Assembly: GCA_965204535.1 (NCBI GenBank)
Contig: CBDBEV010000001.1
Coordinates: 2,906,892 to 2,970,891 of the forward strand
Source: a bacterium
Lineage (GTDB): Bacteria > UBA8248
Direction of reading: 5' to 3'
Length of the DNA: 64,000 nucleotides
Made by a program: the position numbers and the translations under genes. Of this stretch, positions 10,549 to 21,006 are shown piece after piece (within the stretch, counting starts at the first letter, position 1; every line of letters begins with the position of its first letter). The notes under the pieces are model-generated. The model saw nothing but the letters and a program-made list of their open reading frames with translations. It was not told where the DNA came from and did no database searches.

Positions 10549-13500
10549 ATGGACAGACACTCCTTTCATCCGCTGATCGCGCGCTGGTTCGCTGAAAAAT
10601 TCGGGGAGCCGAGCGCTCCCCAGGATGCCGGCTGGCCCGAGATAGCCACCGGGCGCGACACGCTCATCGCGGCGCCCACGGGCACCGGCAAGACGCTGGC
10701 CGCCTTTCTGTGGTCGCTCGACGGACTGATTCGAGACGCGCTCGCGGGCGCACTCGATGATGAATGCCGCCTCGTCTACATCTCTCCCTTGAAGGCACTC
10801 GGCAACGACATCCAGAAGAACCTGCAGGAGCCATTGAGCGAGATTCGCGCACTCGCGAAGAAAGAGGGCGTGGAGTTGCCGGAGATACGCGTGGCGGTGC
10901 GCTCCGGCGACACGCCCGCGCGCGAGCGCAGGCTCATGCTTAAAAAACGCCCCCACATCCTCATCACCACGCCCGAGTCGCTCTACATCCTCCTGACGGC
11001 AGAGCGCAGCCGAAAAGTATTGGAGACCGCGCGCGCCGTCATCGTGGACGAGATACACGCCGTCGCGGGGGACAAGCGCGGCGCGCACCTGGCGATCTCC
11101 TTGGAGCGGCTCGACGCGCTATGCGATACGCGGCTGCAGCGTATCGGGCTCAGCGCCACGCAAAAGCCGATCGGCGAGATAGCGCGCCTGCTCATCGGCG
11201 CGGAAAGGCGAGGGGAGGACGGCGCTCCCGATTGCGCTATCGTGGACGTGGGCCACAAGCGTGAGATGGCGCTCACGGTCGAGGTGGCCGATCAGGATAT
11301 CGGCCCCATCGCCTCGCACGAGTACTGGGGGGAAGTGTTCGACCGCATCGCCGCCCACATCGAAAGCCACCGCACGACCATCGTGTTCGTCCACACGAGG
11401 CGGCTGGCGGAGCGCGTCGCCCACCGGCTCACGGAGAGACTCGGCGAGGGGCGGGTGGCGGCGCACCACGGCTCCCTGTCGCGCAAGATCAGGCTCGACG
11501 CCGAAGAGCGGCTGAAATCGGGCGCGCTCTCCGCCATCGTCGCCACGGCGTCCCTGGAACTCGGCATCGACATCGGTCACGTCGACCTCGTCTGCCACCT
11601 GGGCGCGCCGAGAACGCTCGCCTCCCTGCTCCAGCGCGTGGGGCGCTCGGGCCACTGGAAGGGCGCTATCCCTAAGGGAATCGTCTTTCCCATGACGCGG
11701 GACGAACTGCTGCAAAGCGCCGCCGCGATCCGCTCGGTGAGAGGAGGCGCGCTCGATCTGGTGATCTTCCCCAAGGCGCCGCTCGACATCCTCGCCCAGC
11801 AGATGGTGGCCGAGGTCGCGGCGCAAGAGGAGATAGGAGAGGAGTCGCTCTGGGCGCTCGTCAGGCGCGCGCAGCCTTATGGAGAGCTTGCGCGGAGCGT
11901 TTTCGAGGACGTGCTCGAGATGTTATCCGAGGGCATCTCGACCAGCAGGGGCAGGCGCACCGCCTATCTGCACAGGGACCGCGTGAACGCTCTCTTGAGA
12001 CCACGGCGCGGGGCGCGTCTTTGCGCCATCACGTCGGGCGGCGCGATTCCCGACACGGCGGATTACGACGTGGTGGAAGGCGCTGCGGAGACCTTCGTGG
12101 GTAAGGTGAACGAGGATTTCGCCATCGAGTCGAACGCTGGCGACATCTTCCTGCTCGGAAACCACTCTTGGCGCGTCAAGCGCGTGGAGCGCGACAAGGT
12201 GCGCGTGGAAGACGCCGAGGGGCTTCCGCCGAACATCCCTTTCTGGCTGGGCGAGGCGCCCTCGCGCACGGCGGAACTCTCGGAAGCCGTCTCGGCGCTG
12301 CGGGCCGAACTGGCGGGGCGTCTCGACGCGCCCGGCGAGGCGATCCGCTGGATGCGCGCCGAATGCGGGCTTTGCGCACAGGGCGCGTCGCAGATTCTCG
12401 ACTACGCCCGCGAGACCGCCCGCGTGCTGGGGCGCGTGCCCACGCAGGAAGAGATAATCGCGGAGCGGTTCTTCGACGAGGCGGGCGGGATGCAGCTCGT
12501 CATCCACTCGCCCTTCGGGGGGCGCATCAACCGCGCGTGGGGTCATACGCTGAGAAAACGCTTTTGCCTCACCTTCGATTTCGAACTCCAGGCCGCCGCC
12601 ACGGACGACGGCATCGTGCTCTCGCTCTCCTCGCAGCACAGCTTTCCGCTCGAATCGATCTTCGGTTTCGCGCGCCTGGCGTCGCTCAAAAAGGACATGC
12701 TCCAGTCCGCGCTCCAGTCGCCCATGTTCACCAACCGGTGGCGCTGGAACGCCACGCGCGCCTTGGCACTCCCCAGGCACAGCGGGGGCAAGAAGGTGCC
12801 CGTCGCGATCCAGCGCATGCGGGCCGAGGACTTGCTCGCCGCCGTCTTCCCGGCCCAGCTTGCGTGTCAGGACAACCACCACGGCCCCATCGAGCCGCCC
12901 GACCACCCCCTCGTGAACGAGACGGTGGAGAACTGCCTGAGCGAAGCGATGGATATCGAAAGCCTTAGGAAACTCATTAGTGATATAGAAAGCAGGAAAA
13001 TTAAAACCTATGGCGTCGAGACGCCCGCGCCCTCGCCGATGTCGCACGAGATACTGAACGCGAACCCCTACGCCTTCATCGACGACGCCCCGCTGGAGGA
13101 ACGCCGCTCGCGCGCGGTGCCGCTGAGGCGCGCCCTGCCCGATGACGCCGAGGGCGCCCGGCTCGACGCGGACGTCATCGAGGAGGTGTGCGCGCAGGCC
13201 TGGCCGGCCCCGCGCGACGCGGATGAGTTGCACGACGCGCTGCTTTCTTTATGCGTTCTGCCTGACGAGGAAGCGGGCGAGTGGTCCGCGTGGGTCGATG
13301 AGTTGCTCGCCCGGAACCGAGTGGCGAAAGGGCAGTGGCAGTCTGACGGTAAGGAACGAGAGGGCTGGGTTCCGGCGGAGCGGATGGCGCTCATTCGCGC
13401 GGCGCTCCCGGGAATCAGTCTCAACCCGAGCGAAATATCCTTTCAGGGGGATGAGGCGGAACCGCCCGCGCAGGATGAGGCGGCCCTCGCCATCGTCCGG

Positions 13501-14874
13501 GGGTGGACCGAGGCGTCCGGCCCCGTAACGGCAGGTGAACTCGCCTCCAAAGTCGGTCTCGCGCGGGCGGATGTGGAGATCGCCCTGGCCGCCCTGGAGG
13601 GAGAGGGAGCGGTGCTGCGGGGCCGGTTCGTTCATCTCTCGCCGGAAGCCGAAACCGAGTGGTGCGACCGCGTGTTGCTGGCCCGCATCCACCGCATGAC
13701 GCTCGGCAAGCTGAGAAAAGAGATAGAACCCGTCACGGCGGCGGAATTCGTCCGCTATCTGCTCAGGTGGCAGCACGTGCACGAGGACGCCATGCTTCAC
13801 GGGCGCGACGGCGTGTTGGAGGTGATCCGCCAGCTTCAGGGGCTCGAACTCCCCGCACCCGCCTGGGAGGAGCAGATTCTGCCCGCGCGCATCAAGAACT
13901 ACGACCCTGCTGACTTAGAGGCGCTTTGCCTCTCGGGCCTGGTCGCCTGGGGACGCCTGCGCCCGGGCGCGCCGCCCGAGCCGGTCGAAGCTCCCGTGAA
14001 CGGGAAACGCGCCAGGACGCTCCAGAGTGCTGCGCCCACGCGGCGGGCGCTCTTGGCCTTCCTGATGAGAGAGCACCTGGATCTTTTCCTGAGACCAAAA
14101 GAGGCCGAAGACGCCTGGCGGGGGAATCTCTCCCGCGCGGCATGCGAGATACTCGATTTTCTTAAGAGCAGGGGGGCGTCTTTCCTGGCCGACATCACGG
14201 CGGCGACGGGCAGGCTGCGCACCGAGGCCGAGGAGGCGCTCTGGGAGCTCGTCGCGCGCGGTCTGGTGACGGGCGACGGCGTGGCGGGATTGAGGGCTTT
14301 GATAGCCGGCGCGAACGAGAAGAAAAAAGGCGAGCGCAGGCTGCGCGCCCTGCCGGGCGGACGGGCGATATCGCGCGAGGCGAAAAAGCGATTCATGCCC
14401 GTGGGCCGCTGGTCGCTCTGGGGGAGTGCCGCCGCACCGCTCGACGCGGAAGCCGGCCGCGAGGCCCATGCGCGGCAGTTGCTGAAACGCTACGGCGTCG
14501 TGCTCCGCGAGCTGGCCGTCCGCGAACCCGGCGCTCCGCGCTGGCGCGAACTCGTGCGGGAATTCAGGCGCCTGGAAGCCAGGGGCGAGATTCGGGGCGG
14601 GCGTTTCGTCTCGGGCTTCACCGGCGAGCAGTTCGCCCTGCCCGAAGCGGTGGAGGCGCTTCGCGCCGTGCGGCGGATTCCGGCGCGGGGGAAACCAACC
14701 ATCGTCCATGCGAGCGACCCGATGAATTTAATAGGTATCGTTATTCCAGGACCTAAAGTTTCGGTGAGGTCACGCGAGGTCATCCTCTACCGCGACGGCC
14801 TCGCGGTCGACAGCGGTCCCCTCGGCGAGGTGCGAAGCCGGATGCGGAATGAATCACTCGGTGGGGGAGGGTAG
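10549..14874 (+). CDS. lhr: Lhr-family DEAD/DEAH-box helicase (long form)
   Basis: APTGTGKT, SPLKAL, TTPESL, DEIH, SAT, HHGSL, LELGID, QRVGRSGH; C-terminal RGGRFVSG..GEQFALPEAV typical of Lhr. Confidence 0.93.
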   Translation: MDRHSFHPLIARWFAEKFGEPSAPQDAGWPEIATGRDTLIAAPTGTGKTLAAFLWSLDGLIRDALAGALDDECRLVYISPLKALGNDIQKNLQEPLSEIRALAKKEGVELPEIRVAVRSGDTPARERRLMLKKRPHILITTPESLYILLTAERSRKVLETARAVIVDEIHAVAGDKRGAHLAISLERLDALCDTRLQRIGLSATQKPIGEIARLLIGAERRGEDGAPDCAIVDVGHKREMALTVEVADQDIGPIASHEYWGEVFDRIAAHIESHRTTIVFVHTRRLAERVAHRLTERLGEGRVAAHHGSLSRKIRLDAEERLKSGALSAIVATASLELGIDIGHVDLVCHLGAPRTLASLLQRVGRSGHWKGAIPKGIVFPMTRDELLQSAAAIRSVRGGALDLVIFPKAPLDILAQQMVAEVAAQEEIGEESLWALVRRAQPYGELARSVFEDVLEMLSEGISTSRGRRTAYLHRDRVNALLRPRRGARLCAITSGGAIPDTADYDVVEGAAETFVGKVNEDFAIESNAGDIFLLGNHSWRVKRVERDKVRVEDAEGLPPNIPFWLGEAPSRTAELSEAVSALRAELAGRLDAPGEAIRWMRAECGLCAQGASQILDYARETARVLGRVPTQEEIIAERFFDEAGGMQLVIHSPFGGRINRAWGHTLRKRFCLTFDFELQAAATDDGIVLSLSSQHSFPLESIFGFARLASLKKDMLQSALQSPMFTNRWRWNATRALALPRHSGGKKVPVAIQRMRAEDLLAAVFPAQLACQDNHHGPIEPPDHPLVNETVENCLSEAMDIESLRKLISDIESRKIKTYGVETPAPSPMSHEILNANPYAFIDDAPLEERRSRAVPLRRALPDDAEGARLDADVIEEVCAQAWPAPRDADELHDALLSLCVLPDEEAGEWSAWVDELLARNRVAKGQWQSDGKEREGWVPAERMALIRAALPGISLNPSEISFQGDEAEPPAQDEAALAIVRGWTEASGPVTAGELASKVGLARADVEIALAALEGEGAVLRGRFVHLSPEAETEWCDRVLLARIHRMTLGKLRKEIEPVTAAEFVRYLLRWQHVHEDAMLHGRDGVLEVIRQLQGLELPAPAWEEQILPARIKNYDPADLEALCLSGLVAWGRLRPGAPPEPVEAPVNGKRARTLQSAAPTRRALLAFLMREHLDLFLRPKEAEDAWRGNLSRAACEILDFLKSRGASFLADITAATGRLRTEAEEALWELVARGLVTGDGVAGLRALIAGANEKKKGERRLRALPGGRAISREAKKRFMPVGRWSLWGSAAAPLDAEAGREAHARQLLKRYGVVLRELAVREPGAPRWRELVREFRRLEARGEIRGGRFVSGFTGEQFALPEAVEALRAVRRIPARGKPTIVHASDPMNLIGIVIPGPKVSVRSREVILYRDGLAVDSGPLGEVRSRMRNESLGGGG

Positions 14875-15185
14875 GGACAGGTCGCGACCTGTCCCTACAA
14901 AACCTGCAATCCCCGTTCATCGGGACTTTTTCAACAACCCTTCCTCAGGGGATAAAGGCAACCCCCCCTACCCCCCCTTGACAGGGGGGTATGAAAAAAC
15001 AACCCCCCTTCGACCCGGAGGCGGACGTCGTCTTTTTTCATATCCTCCACTTGCCGGGGCGTCGGACTTTTTTACCCCCCTGACAAGGGGGGGTAGGGGG
15101 GGTTGCTTTTCATGCAGGTGAGAGGGCAACCAAATCGAACGAGGAGGCGCCGCCCCGTAGGGACAGGCCCCCGTGCCTGTCCTGA
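14871..15185. repeat. REP/MITE-like palindrome cluster
   Basis: gtagggacaggtcgcgacctgtccctac; inverted pair caacccccctacccccccttgacaggggg ... ccccctgacaaggggggg; gtagggacaggcccccgtgcctgtcc. Confidence 0.8.
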
Positions 15186-15230
15186 CGAGGGACAACCACA
15201 CGGACGGGAAAATCATTGCCATTCCAAAAT

Positions 15231-15258
15231 AAGAAAACCCCGGCGGCGCGCGCCGGGG
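15231..15258 (-). terminator. Probable intrinsic terminator of the cytochrome c' gene
   Basis: GC stem ccccggcg/cgccgggg followed by a T-run on the minus strand, just after the stop at 15283. Confidence 0.6.
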
Positions 15259-15282
15259 CTTCTCTCTTTCTCTTGAGCGTCG

Positions 15283-15798
15283 CTATCTTTTCTTCTTCTT
15301 TCGGAACGACTTGTGGCATGCGCCGCATTGCCTGCCGATGAGGCCCACCGCTTTCTTGATGGCTGCCGGACCGCCCTTGTAGTGGATCTGCGCCAGGGCG
15401 GCGGCGTTCGCGGCCAGGCCGTCCGCGATGAGAGCGAATTTCCGCTTGTCTTTCCAGATGGCGGCGACGGATGTCGTCTTGCCCGCCAGGGTGTTCTTCT
15501 GGAACGCCTTTTTGATCTTGCTCGCCTTCTTGTACATGTCGCCTGCGGCCTGGCGCACCTGCTCCTCGACCACCCAGCCGCTGCCTTGTTTCATCGCGGT
15601 TCTGAGACGCTTCATGTCGGCGCCGATGCCGCGCATGAGCTTCTTGCGCGCCGTGACGGTGGGGTCCTCGCCGCCTTTCATCATCTTTTTCTTGCCCATC
15701 ATCTTCTTGTCCATCATCCCCTCGCCCGCGCAGCCTGCGGCGAGCGCGCCGGCCATCATCAGGACAGCCAGGCTAATGAATACGTCTCGTTTTTTCAT
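15283..15798 (-). CDS. Class II cytochrome c (c'/c556), predicted lipoprotein
   Basis: C-terminal CGACH..FR, helical body (AR..LM, IWKD..KF), lipobox LAAGC. Confidence 0.85.
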   Translation of the reverse strand: MKKRDVFISLAVLMMAGALAAGCAGEGMMDKKMMGKKKMMKGGEDPTVTARKKLMRGIGADMKRLRTAMKQGSGWVVEEQVRQAAGDMYKKASKIKKAFQKNTLAGKTTSVAAIWKDKRKFALIADGLAANAAALAQIHYKGGPAAIKKAVGLIGRQCGACHKSFRKKKKR

Positions 15799-16002
15799 GA
15801 CCGGATTTCCCCCACAAAATCAGAAACGAAAAAGACAAACAGGCGGACCTGTATGAAACCCTCTTGTGCTGGTGCGCGTATAAACCAACCATGGGCGGTG
15901 GCTTGCTCGACTCGTTGTGTATGGCTTCATACTAGCCGAAAAGAGACCCGGCGGCCAGTCCCCGGAATTGCGGTGCGAAGGCGCCCGGGGAGGAAGCAGA
16001 TT

Positions 16003-16216
16003 CACTCCCTCTCAAGGGGGCTGTTGAAAAAATTTTGTCAAAGGAGCAACCCCCCCTACCCCCCCTTGTCAGGGGGGTATGAAAAGGCGGCACCCGCCGC
16101 TGGCAGGGGGGCTTTTGTTTTTTCCCGCCCTCCTGTCAAGGGGGTTTTCTTTTTTTGCCCCCCTGACAAGGGGGGGTAGGGGGGGTTGGTTTTATCTCCC
16201 GCCAAGGGGGGAGTCG
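16003..16216. repeat. REP/MITE-like palindrome cluster
   Basis: actccctctcaaggggg, gctgttgaaaaa, and the inverted pair caaccccccctacccccccttgtcagggggg / ccccctgacaaggggggg. Confidence 0.8.
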
Positions 16217-16447
16217 ATTTGTTTCCGTCCGACATTACGCCGTCATCCACCTTCGCACGGGCGGCGTTGATCCCGAAGCCCATTTATGAAACCTTGGGAT
16301 ATCCAGAAGGTTTCATGAATGCCTCACTTTCAAGCCCGGCGAAGGCCGGTCGGCGAGGAGGCATGAGAGACGCCGCTATGATTGCGGCTCGAAATCTTTA
16401 TTCCATTAGCCGCCGGGCGGGCGGCCCCATTTGCGAAAGGAGCGGAC

Positions 16448-16741
16448 ATGGGCGCATACGTGGTCGGACACATCACCGTCAAGGACGAAGAAGGCTTCAA
16501 CAGCTACGCCGAGCAGGGGCTCGCCATCGTCGCATCCGTCGGGGGCGAGGTGGCGGCGAGCGGACAACTCGTAAAAGTCCTCACCGGCGAGCACGACAGG
16601 CAAATGTTCGTCCTCCTCAAGTTCCCCGATCAGGAGGCGGTGGAGAAATGGTATTACTCGGACGGCTACCAGGCCCTGATCCCCGGCCGCAACGAGGCGG
16701 TGGACATCACGTTCATCTCCTATGACGAGCCGGAGGAGTAG
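16448..16741 (+). CDS. DUF1330 family protein
   Basis: AYVV...Y......GG......LTGE.....VLLKFP......WYYSDGYQ..R; RBS aagga upstream. Confidence 0.85.
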   Translation: MGAYVVGHITVKDEEGFNSYAEQGLAIVASVGGEVAASGQLVKVLTGEHDRQMFVLLKFPDQEAVEKWYYSDGYQALIPGRNEAVDITFISYDEPEE

Positions 16742-16993
16742 GCGTTCGGAGGAGGGGAGGCGGAACTGGCGCGCAGCTTCAGGGTGCTCAGGGAACTGGA
16801 AGTCGACGTCGTGATATGCAGCGTTTCTGTAGGCGAGATGCGAATCGTGGAAGTCACGCCCGAGGAGTGGCGGGGCATCATAGACGGGTTGGCGGGGTAG
16901 GGGTCAATTCGGTCTCAAGAAGACGGAATTGCGAACCGATGTTTTCTTCACGCCCGGCAGACTCTCCCTTTAGAGTCACCAGCCCTTTTGCAT

Positions 16994-18988
16994 TCACCCG
17001 CTTTTCGGGAGGCTTTCCTCGATGAGTTCTTTTCGCAAAAACCAGCCTCCGTGGCGCGTGACCTGGAAAATCACGAGAATCGCCAACAAGACGAATCCTG
17101 CGCCTTGAGAAAAAAGCGTGGGCCAAAGCATCATGAATGCCCCCAGGAGAAGGCCTCCTCTCTCCATCCAGGTTGTCCTCCCGATCAGATATCCACTCAG
17201 GCCGGCCGTTCCGGCGACAAGCGCGATGCCGGTTGTCAAGGTAACCAGGATGATATCGGCCACGCTACCGTTCAGCAGAATGGCGGGGGAATAGGCGAAA
17301 AGAAACGGGATCACATAGAGGCCTTTCGCCGCCCTGAAGGAAGTCCAGCCGGTCTTCATCGGATCCGCCTCGGCGATGGCGGCGGCGGTATAGGCAGGAA
17401 TGCAAACGGGAGGCGTGTAACAACTATCCAGGCTGAACCAGAAGATGATCATGTGGGCCGTCACGGCGCTCATACCGCCCAGCTCGATGAGGGCGGGAGC
17501 GGCCATCGTCGCCAGAACGATATAGGCGGAACTGCTCGGAAGCCCCATCCCCAGAACGAAGGAGGCCACGCCGACCAGAATGATTCCGAGAAAGAGACTT
17601 CCGCCCGAGGCTGAAACGACGATGGAGGAGAATTTGAGTCCCAGCCCCGTAATCGTCGTCGCTCCGATGATGATGCCCGCAGTCGCGCAGGCGGCGGCTA
17701 TCGGGGCGCACTGCTGCGCTCCGCGAACCAGCGCCCTGATGAGTTTGCTCAGGCCGCTTTTCAGATAATCGAGAGCGCGCCTCACGGAAAAACTTCGTTC
17801 CCGCCATCCCTGGTAGAGATAGTCGACCATTCCCAGCAGCATCATGGAAATAATCGTGGCGATGATTCCGGATACGCCCGCATACTGCACCGATCTCCCG
17901 ATCACCATGAAATAAATCAGGACGGCCGGCGGTATGAGGAAGACGAGCGCGCGCGCTATCGTATTCAGGATGTTGGGAAGGTCTTCCCAGCTCAGGCCCC
18001 GGATGTCGTTTTTGGCCGCCTCCAGATGCACGAACACGAAAACGGACATGAAATAGAGCAACGCCGGGATGACCGATATCTTGATGATGGTGAAATAGGA
18101 AGTGCCGGTGAATTCGGCCAGCAGAAACGCCGCCGTCCCCATGATGGGAGGCATGATCTGGCCCCCGGTGGACGCCGCCGTCTCGACCGCTCCCGCCACG
18201 TGGGGGCGATACCCCATTTTTTTCATCAGGGGGATGGTGAAGGTGCCCGTGGTGACGATGTTGGCGGTGGCGCTTCCCGATATGGTTCCCGAGAGGGCGC
18301 TGGCCACAACGGCCGCCTTGGCGGGTCCGCCCCGCATTCTGCCGGTCAGCAGGAACGCGAAGTCGATATATATCTTCCCGGCGCCCGAAGCATCGAGCAC
18401 GGCCCCGAACAGGATGAACAGGAACATGTAATTGACGAAAACGTACATCGGAGCGGACCAAAGACCCCCGTCGGTCAGATAGAAATGATCGATGATGTCC
18501 AGAAACCCGATGCCGCCGTGCTTGAACTCCCACGGCATCCAGGGGCCGAAGTAGGTGTAGACAAGGAAGAATAGCGCAATCAAAGGCAGGGTCAGATTGA
18601 TCGCCCTGCGCGTGGCCTCGAGAACCAAAACGATGCAGATGACTCCAAAAACGATATCCAGGAGCAGGACATCGTCTATATACCGGGTGCGTTCGAGCAG
18701 CCGGTCGAACTCCCAAAGCAGCCACATTACGGAAACCACCGCCAGGACGCCGAGGAAGGCGACAAACGCCTTGCGCCACCCAGGCGACAAGACCCCGGCT
18801 TTTTTCGATGGGGGAGTGAGAAAGATGATGGCGGCGGCGGCCAGATAAAACATCGGCCGCTCGAAAATCGCGTCCATCCCGCCGGTAACGGCGAGATAGA
18901 CCTCGGTGAGGGACATGCCGATCGCAACCAGCGTGAGGAGATAACCGACGAATCCCCTGGGCGGAAAATTTACGCCTTGACTGGCCAT
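16994..18988 (-). CDS. TRAP transporter fused permease (4TM/12TM, TAXI type)
   Basis: RGGPAKAAVVASAL.GTISGS, ASTGGQIMPPIMG, LGMGLP, TPPVC; many TM helices. Confidence 0.93.
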   Translation of the reverse strand: MASQGVNFPPRGFVGYLLTLVAIGMSLTEVYLAVTGGMDAIFERPMFYLAAAAIIFLTPPSKKAGVLSPGWRKAFVAFLGVLAVVSVMWLLWEFDRLLERTRYIDDVLLLDIVFGVICIVLVLEATRRAINLTLPLIALFFLVYTYFGPWMPWEFKHGGIGFLDIIDHFYLTDGGLWSAPMYVFVNYMFLFILFGAVLDASGAGKIYIDFAFLLTGRMRGGPAKAAVVASALSGTISGSATANIVTTGTFTIPLMKKMGYRPHVAGAVETAASTGGQIMPPIMGTAAFLLAEFTGTSYFTIIKISVIPALLYFMSVFVFVHLEAAKNDIRGLSWEDLPNILNTIARALVFLIPPAVLIYFMVIGRSVQYAGVSGIIATIISMMLLGMVDYLYQGWRERSFSVRRALDYLKSGLSKLIRALVRGAQQCAPIAAACATAGIIIGATTITGLGLKFSSIVVSASGGSLFLGIILVGVASFVLGMGLPSSSAYIVLATMAAPALIELGGMSAVTAHMIIFWFSLDSCYTPPVCIPAYTAAAIAEADPMKTGWTSFRAAKGLYVIPFLFAYSPAILLNGSVADIILVTLTTGIALVAGTAGLSGYLIGRTTWMERGGLLLGAFMMLWPTLFSQGAGFVLLAILVIFQVTRHGGWFLRKELIEESLPKSG

Positions 18989-19017
18989 GAAGAGCGCCTT
19001 CCGGAATTATGCGGAAA

Positions 19018-19054
19018 CGGGCGCCGGGATAATCGCGGGAATCCCCGGCGCCCG
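19018..19054. promoter_or_regulatory. Intercistronic hairpin (likely mRNA stabiliser)
   Basis: cgggcgccggg ... cccggcgcccg between the binding-protein and permease genes. Confidence 0.5.
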
Positions 19055-19092
19055 CTCATTCCTCCAGCGTGGTGAAACTGCGCTTTCTCAGA

Positions 19093-20115
19093 TTACATCG
19101 CTCCCACTTCCTTGTAATAACGGGCTGCGCCGGGGTGCATGGGAACGCCTTTCATGTTCTTCACGGAACGTTTGGGTTCCAGGAAACCGTAAAGCCTGTG
19201 GGCACCCTTCAGATAATCCTTGTTTTCAAAAACGGTTTTCGTCACCTTGTAGATCAGGTCGGGTGATTGGTCTCCTCTCGTGAAAATGATCGTTCGGAGT
19301 CCGTAGGTATCGAGGGGTTTCTTCTGGCCGGGATAGGTATTCGCGTCCACAATCGATTCCACCAGGCCGAAATTTTCCAGCCTCTGCCGCATGCCCGGGG
19401 TGACCCCGGTGAAATTGATGGGGCGGCGCAGGGCCGCTTGTTTGATCAATCCGTTACCGGGGCCGGTGTGGAACAGGACGAAATCCACGTGCTTGTCCTG
19501 ATAGAAGCGCATCATGGCGCGGCCTCCGCCGAGGCGGACCGACACGCCCGCTTTTTTCAGCGCAGCGGTCGAGGTTCCGTACTCCTTCAAAAGGTAGGTC
19601 GCAATGTTGTAGGTTCCCGTCCCTTTCTTCCCGATGGTTATTCCGGCCCTGGGTTTCTTCTGCACGAAATCCTCGAACGATTGAATCCCTTTATCGACCA
19701 GTTCGGGCGCCGCCATGAAATGAACGGCGGACGTATAGAGCCATACCATGGCCCTCAAGTTCGGATACTTTTTCTTGTATGGTTTTTTGCCCGCAATGGC
19801 GTTTCCCACGTAATACGTGTAACTGTAGGCGATGTCGGACTTGCCCACCCCCACCAGTTGCGGGTTGGATTTTCCCCCGCCCAGGGTGACGTTCAGGGAA
19901 TAGTCCTTGTTCTTGCGGTTGAAGACGTCCGCAAGAGCGCCCGCCATGACATAGAGTGTGCTGGCGACGGTGGCGGCCCCCAGTTTGACCGCTTTTTTGG
20001 CGGCTTCGACTTTGGGGGGAGCGACCAGTACGAATACAAACAAGGCGACGCAGGCTGCAATCCGTGCTGAGTGCTGGCGACAAGTCTTTTTGAGCATCAA
20101 TTTACCCTCCCTCAT
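19093..20115 (-). CDS. TAXI-family TRAP solute-binding protein
   Basis: Signal peptide, GG..N, NLRA...LY, ANTYPGQ, PMHPGAARYYKE. Confidence 0.92.
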   Translation of the reverse strand: MREGKLMLKKTCRQHSARIAACVALFVFVLVAPPKVEAAKKAVKLGAATVASTLYVMAGALADVFNRKNKDYSLNVTLGGGKSNPQLVGVGKSDIAYSYTYYVGNAIAGKKPYKKKYPNLRAMVWLYTSAVHFMAAPELVDKGIQSFEDFVQKKPRAGITIGKKGTGTYNIATYLLKEYGTSTAALKKAGVSVRLGGGRAMMRFYQDKHVDFVLFHTGPGNGLIKQAALRRPINFTGVTPGMRQRLENFGLVESIVDANTYPGQKKPLDTYGLRTIIFTRGDQSPDLIYKVTKTVFENKDYLKGAHRLYGFLEPKRSVKNMKGVPMHPGAARYYKEVGAM

Positions 20116-20171
20116 CAGAGCAGGACGATTTGCATCCTTGAACGGGATGATTTAACCAACGCCTCGACTAT

Positions 20172-20576
20172 CTAAGCGCCCGGACTTATTGCGGCAATCG
20201 CTTTCTGCGTAAACTCCTTGATGTGGTCGTAGGCTCTCTCGGAAAGTTTGCACACCTCGGAGCCGTAGGTGGCGGGGCCGCGCACGTGTGTCGTTCTCAG
20301 GCTCTCGAACACGGTCAGTTGGGTGAGGGCCCGCCTTGTCTCCTCGTCTATGTTGGCCTCCAGGAAATCATGGTCCCCGTGTTCAAAGAGATACCAGGTA
20401 TGGGCAACGTCGTTGTTCTCGGGGATGACCCCTTTCGCGTGCAGGGCGGCATTCATCCAATTCGAGCAGATGTGCATGCGGCCCCACATCACCGCCTCGA
20501 AATCCTCCTCGGGGTCGAGTTTTTTCACCGATTGCGCAAACCGCTCAGCCTTGGCCATGTGTTCTTCGATTTTCAC
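20172..20576 (-). CDS. Hypothetical protein, paralog of the adjacent gene
   Basis: GTG start at 20576; shares H.AKA.R...S..KLDP..D.E and NAALHA.G......D.AHT with 20599-21006. Confidence 0.7.
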   Translation of the reverse strand: MKIEEHMAKAERFAQSVKKLDPEEDFEAVMWGRMHICSNWMNAALHAKGVIPENNDVAHTWYLFEHGDHDFLEANIDEETRRALTQLTVFESLRTTHVRGPATYGSEVCKLSERAYDHIKEFTQKAIAAISPGA

Positions 20577-20598
20577 GGCGCATCTCCAGAATTTCTGC

Positions 20599-21006
20599 TC
20601 ATACCACTCTCCAGACCGCAGGCCGGGCCGCATCTCCGACTATCTCCAGAAAACCGGCTTTCGCCTCCTCCAGACTCTGAAGGCATTTGTCCATGATTGC
20701 CCGGGTAATCGGCTCATTGTCCCGGCAATGCCCGGGGCGGAGCTGCTCAATGAATTTCAGGGGTTCCATCGCGGCCTGAAGCGCCGCGCCGGGCTGCCTG
20801 ATGTATCCGTCCAGAGTGGGGCGGAAGGTGTGCGCGTGGTCCATCAACTGGTTTGTGATCCCCTCCGCGTGGAGAGCCGCGTTGAAATAGTGCGTGGCGG
20901 CGAGCATGCACGTCTCGATGATCATTTCGGGGTCGTCGGCGGGATCCAGTTTTCGAAGGGAGGCTTCGATTCTTTGCGCCTTTGCGACGTGGTCACGCGG
21001 TTCCAT
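20599..21006 (-). CDS. Hypothetical protein, paralog of the adjacent gene
   Basis: ATG at 21006 with RBS ggagga; motifs shared with 20172-20576. Confidence 0.72.
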   Translation of the reverse strand: MEPRDHVAKAQRIEASLRKLDPADDPEMIIETCMLAATHYFNAALHAEGITNQLMDHAHTFRPTLDGYIRQPGAALQAAMEPLKFIEQLRPGHCRDNEPITRAIMDKCLQSLEEAKAGFLEIVGDAARPAVWRVV

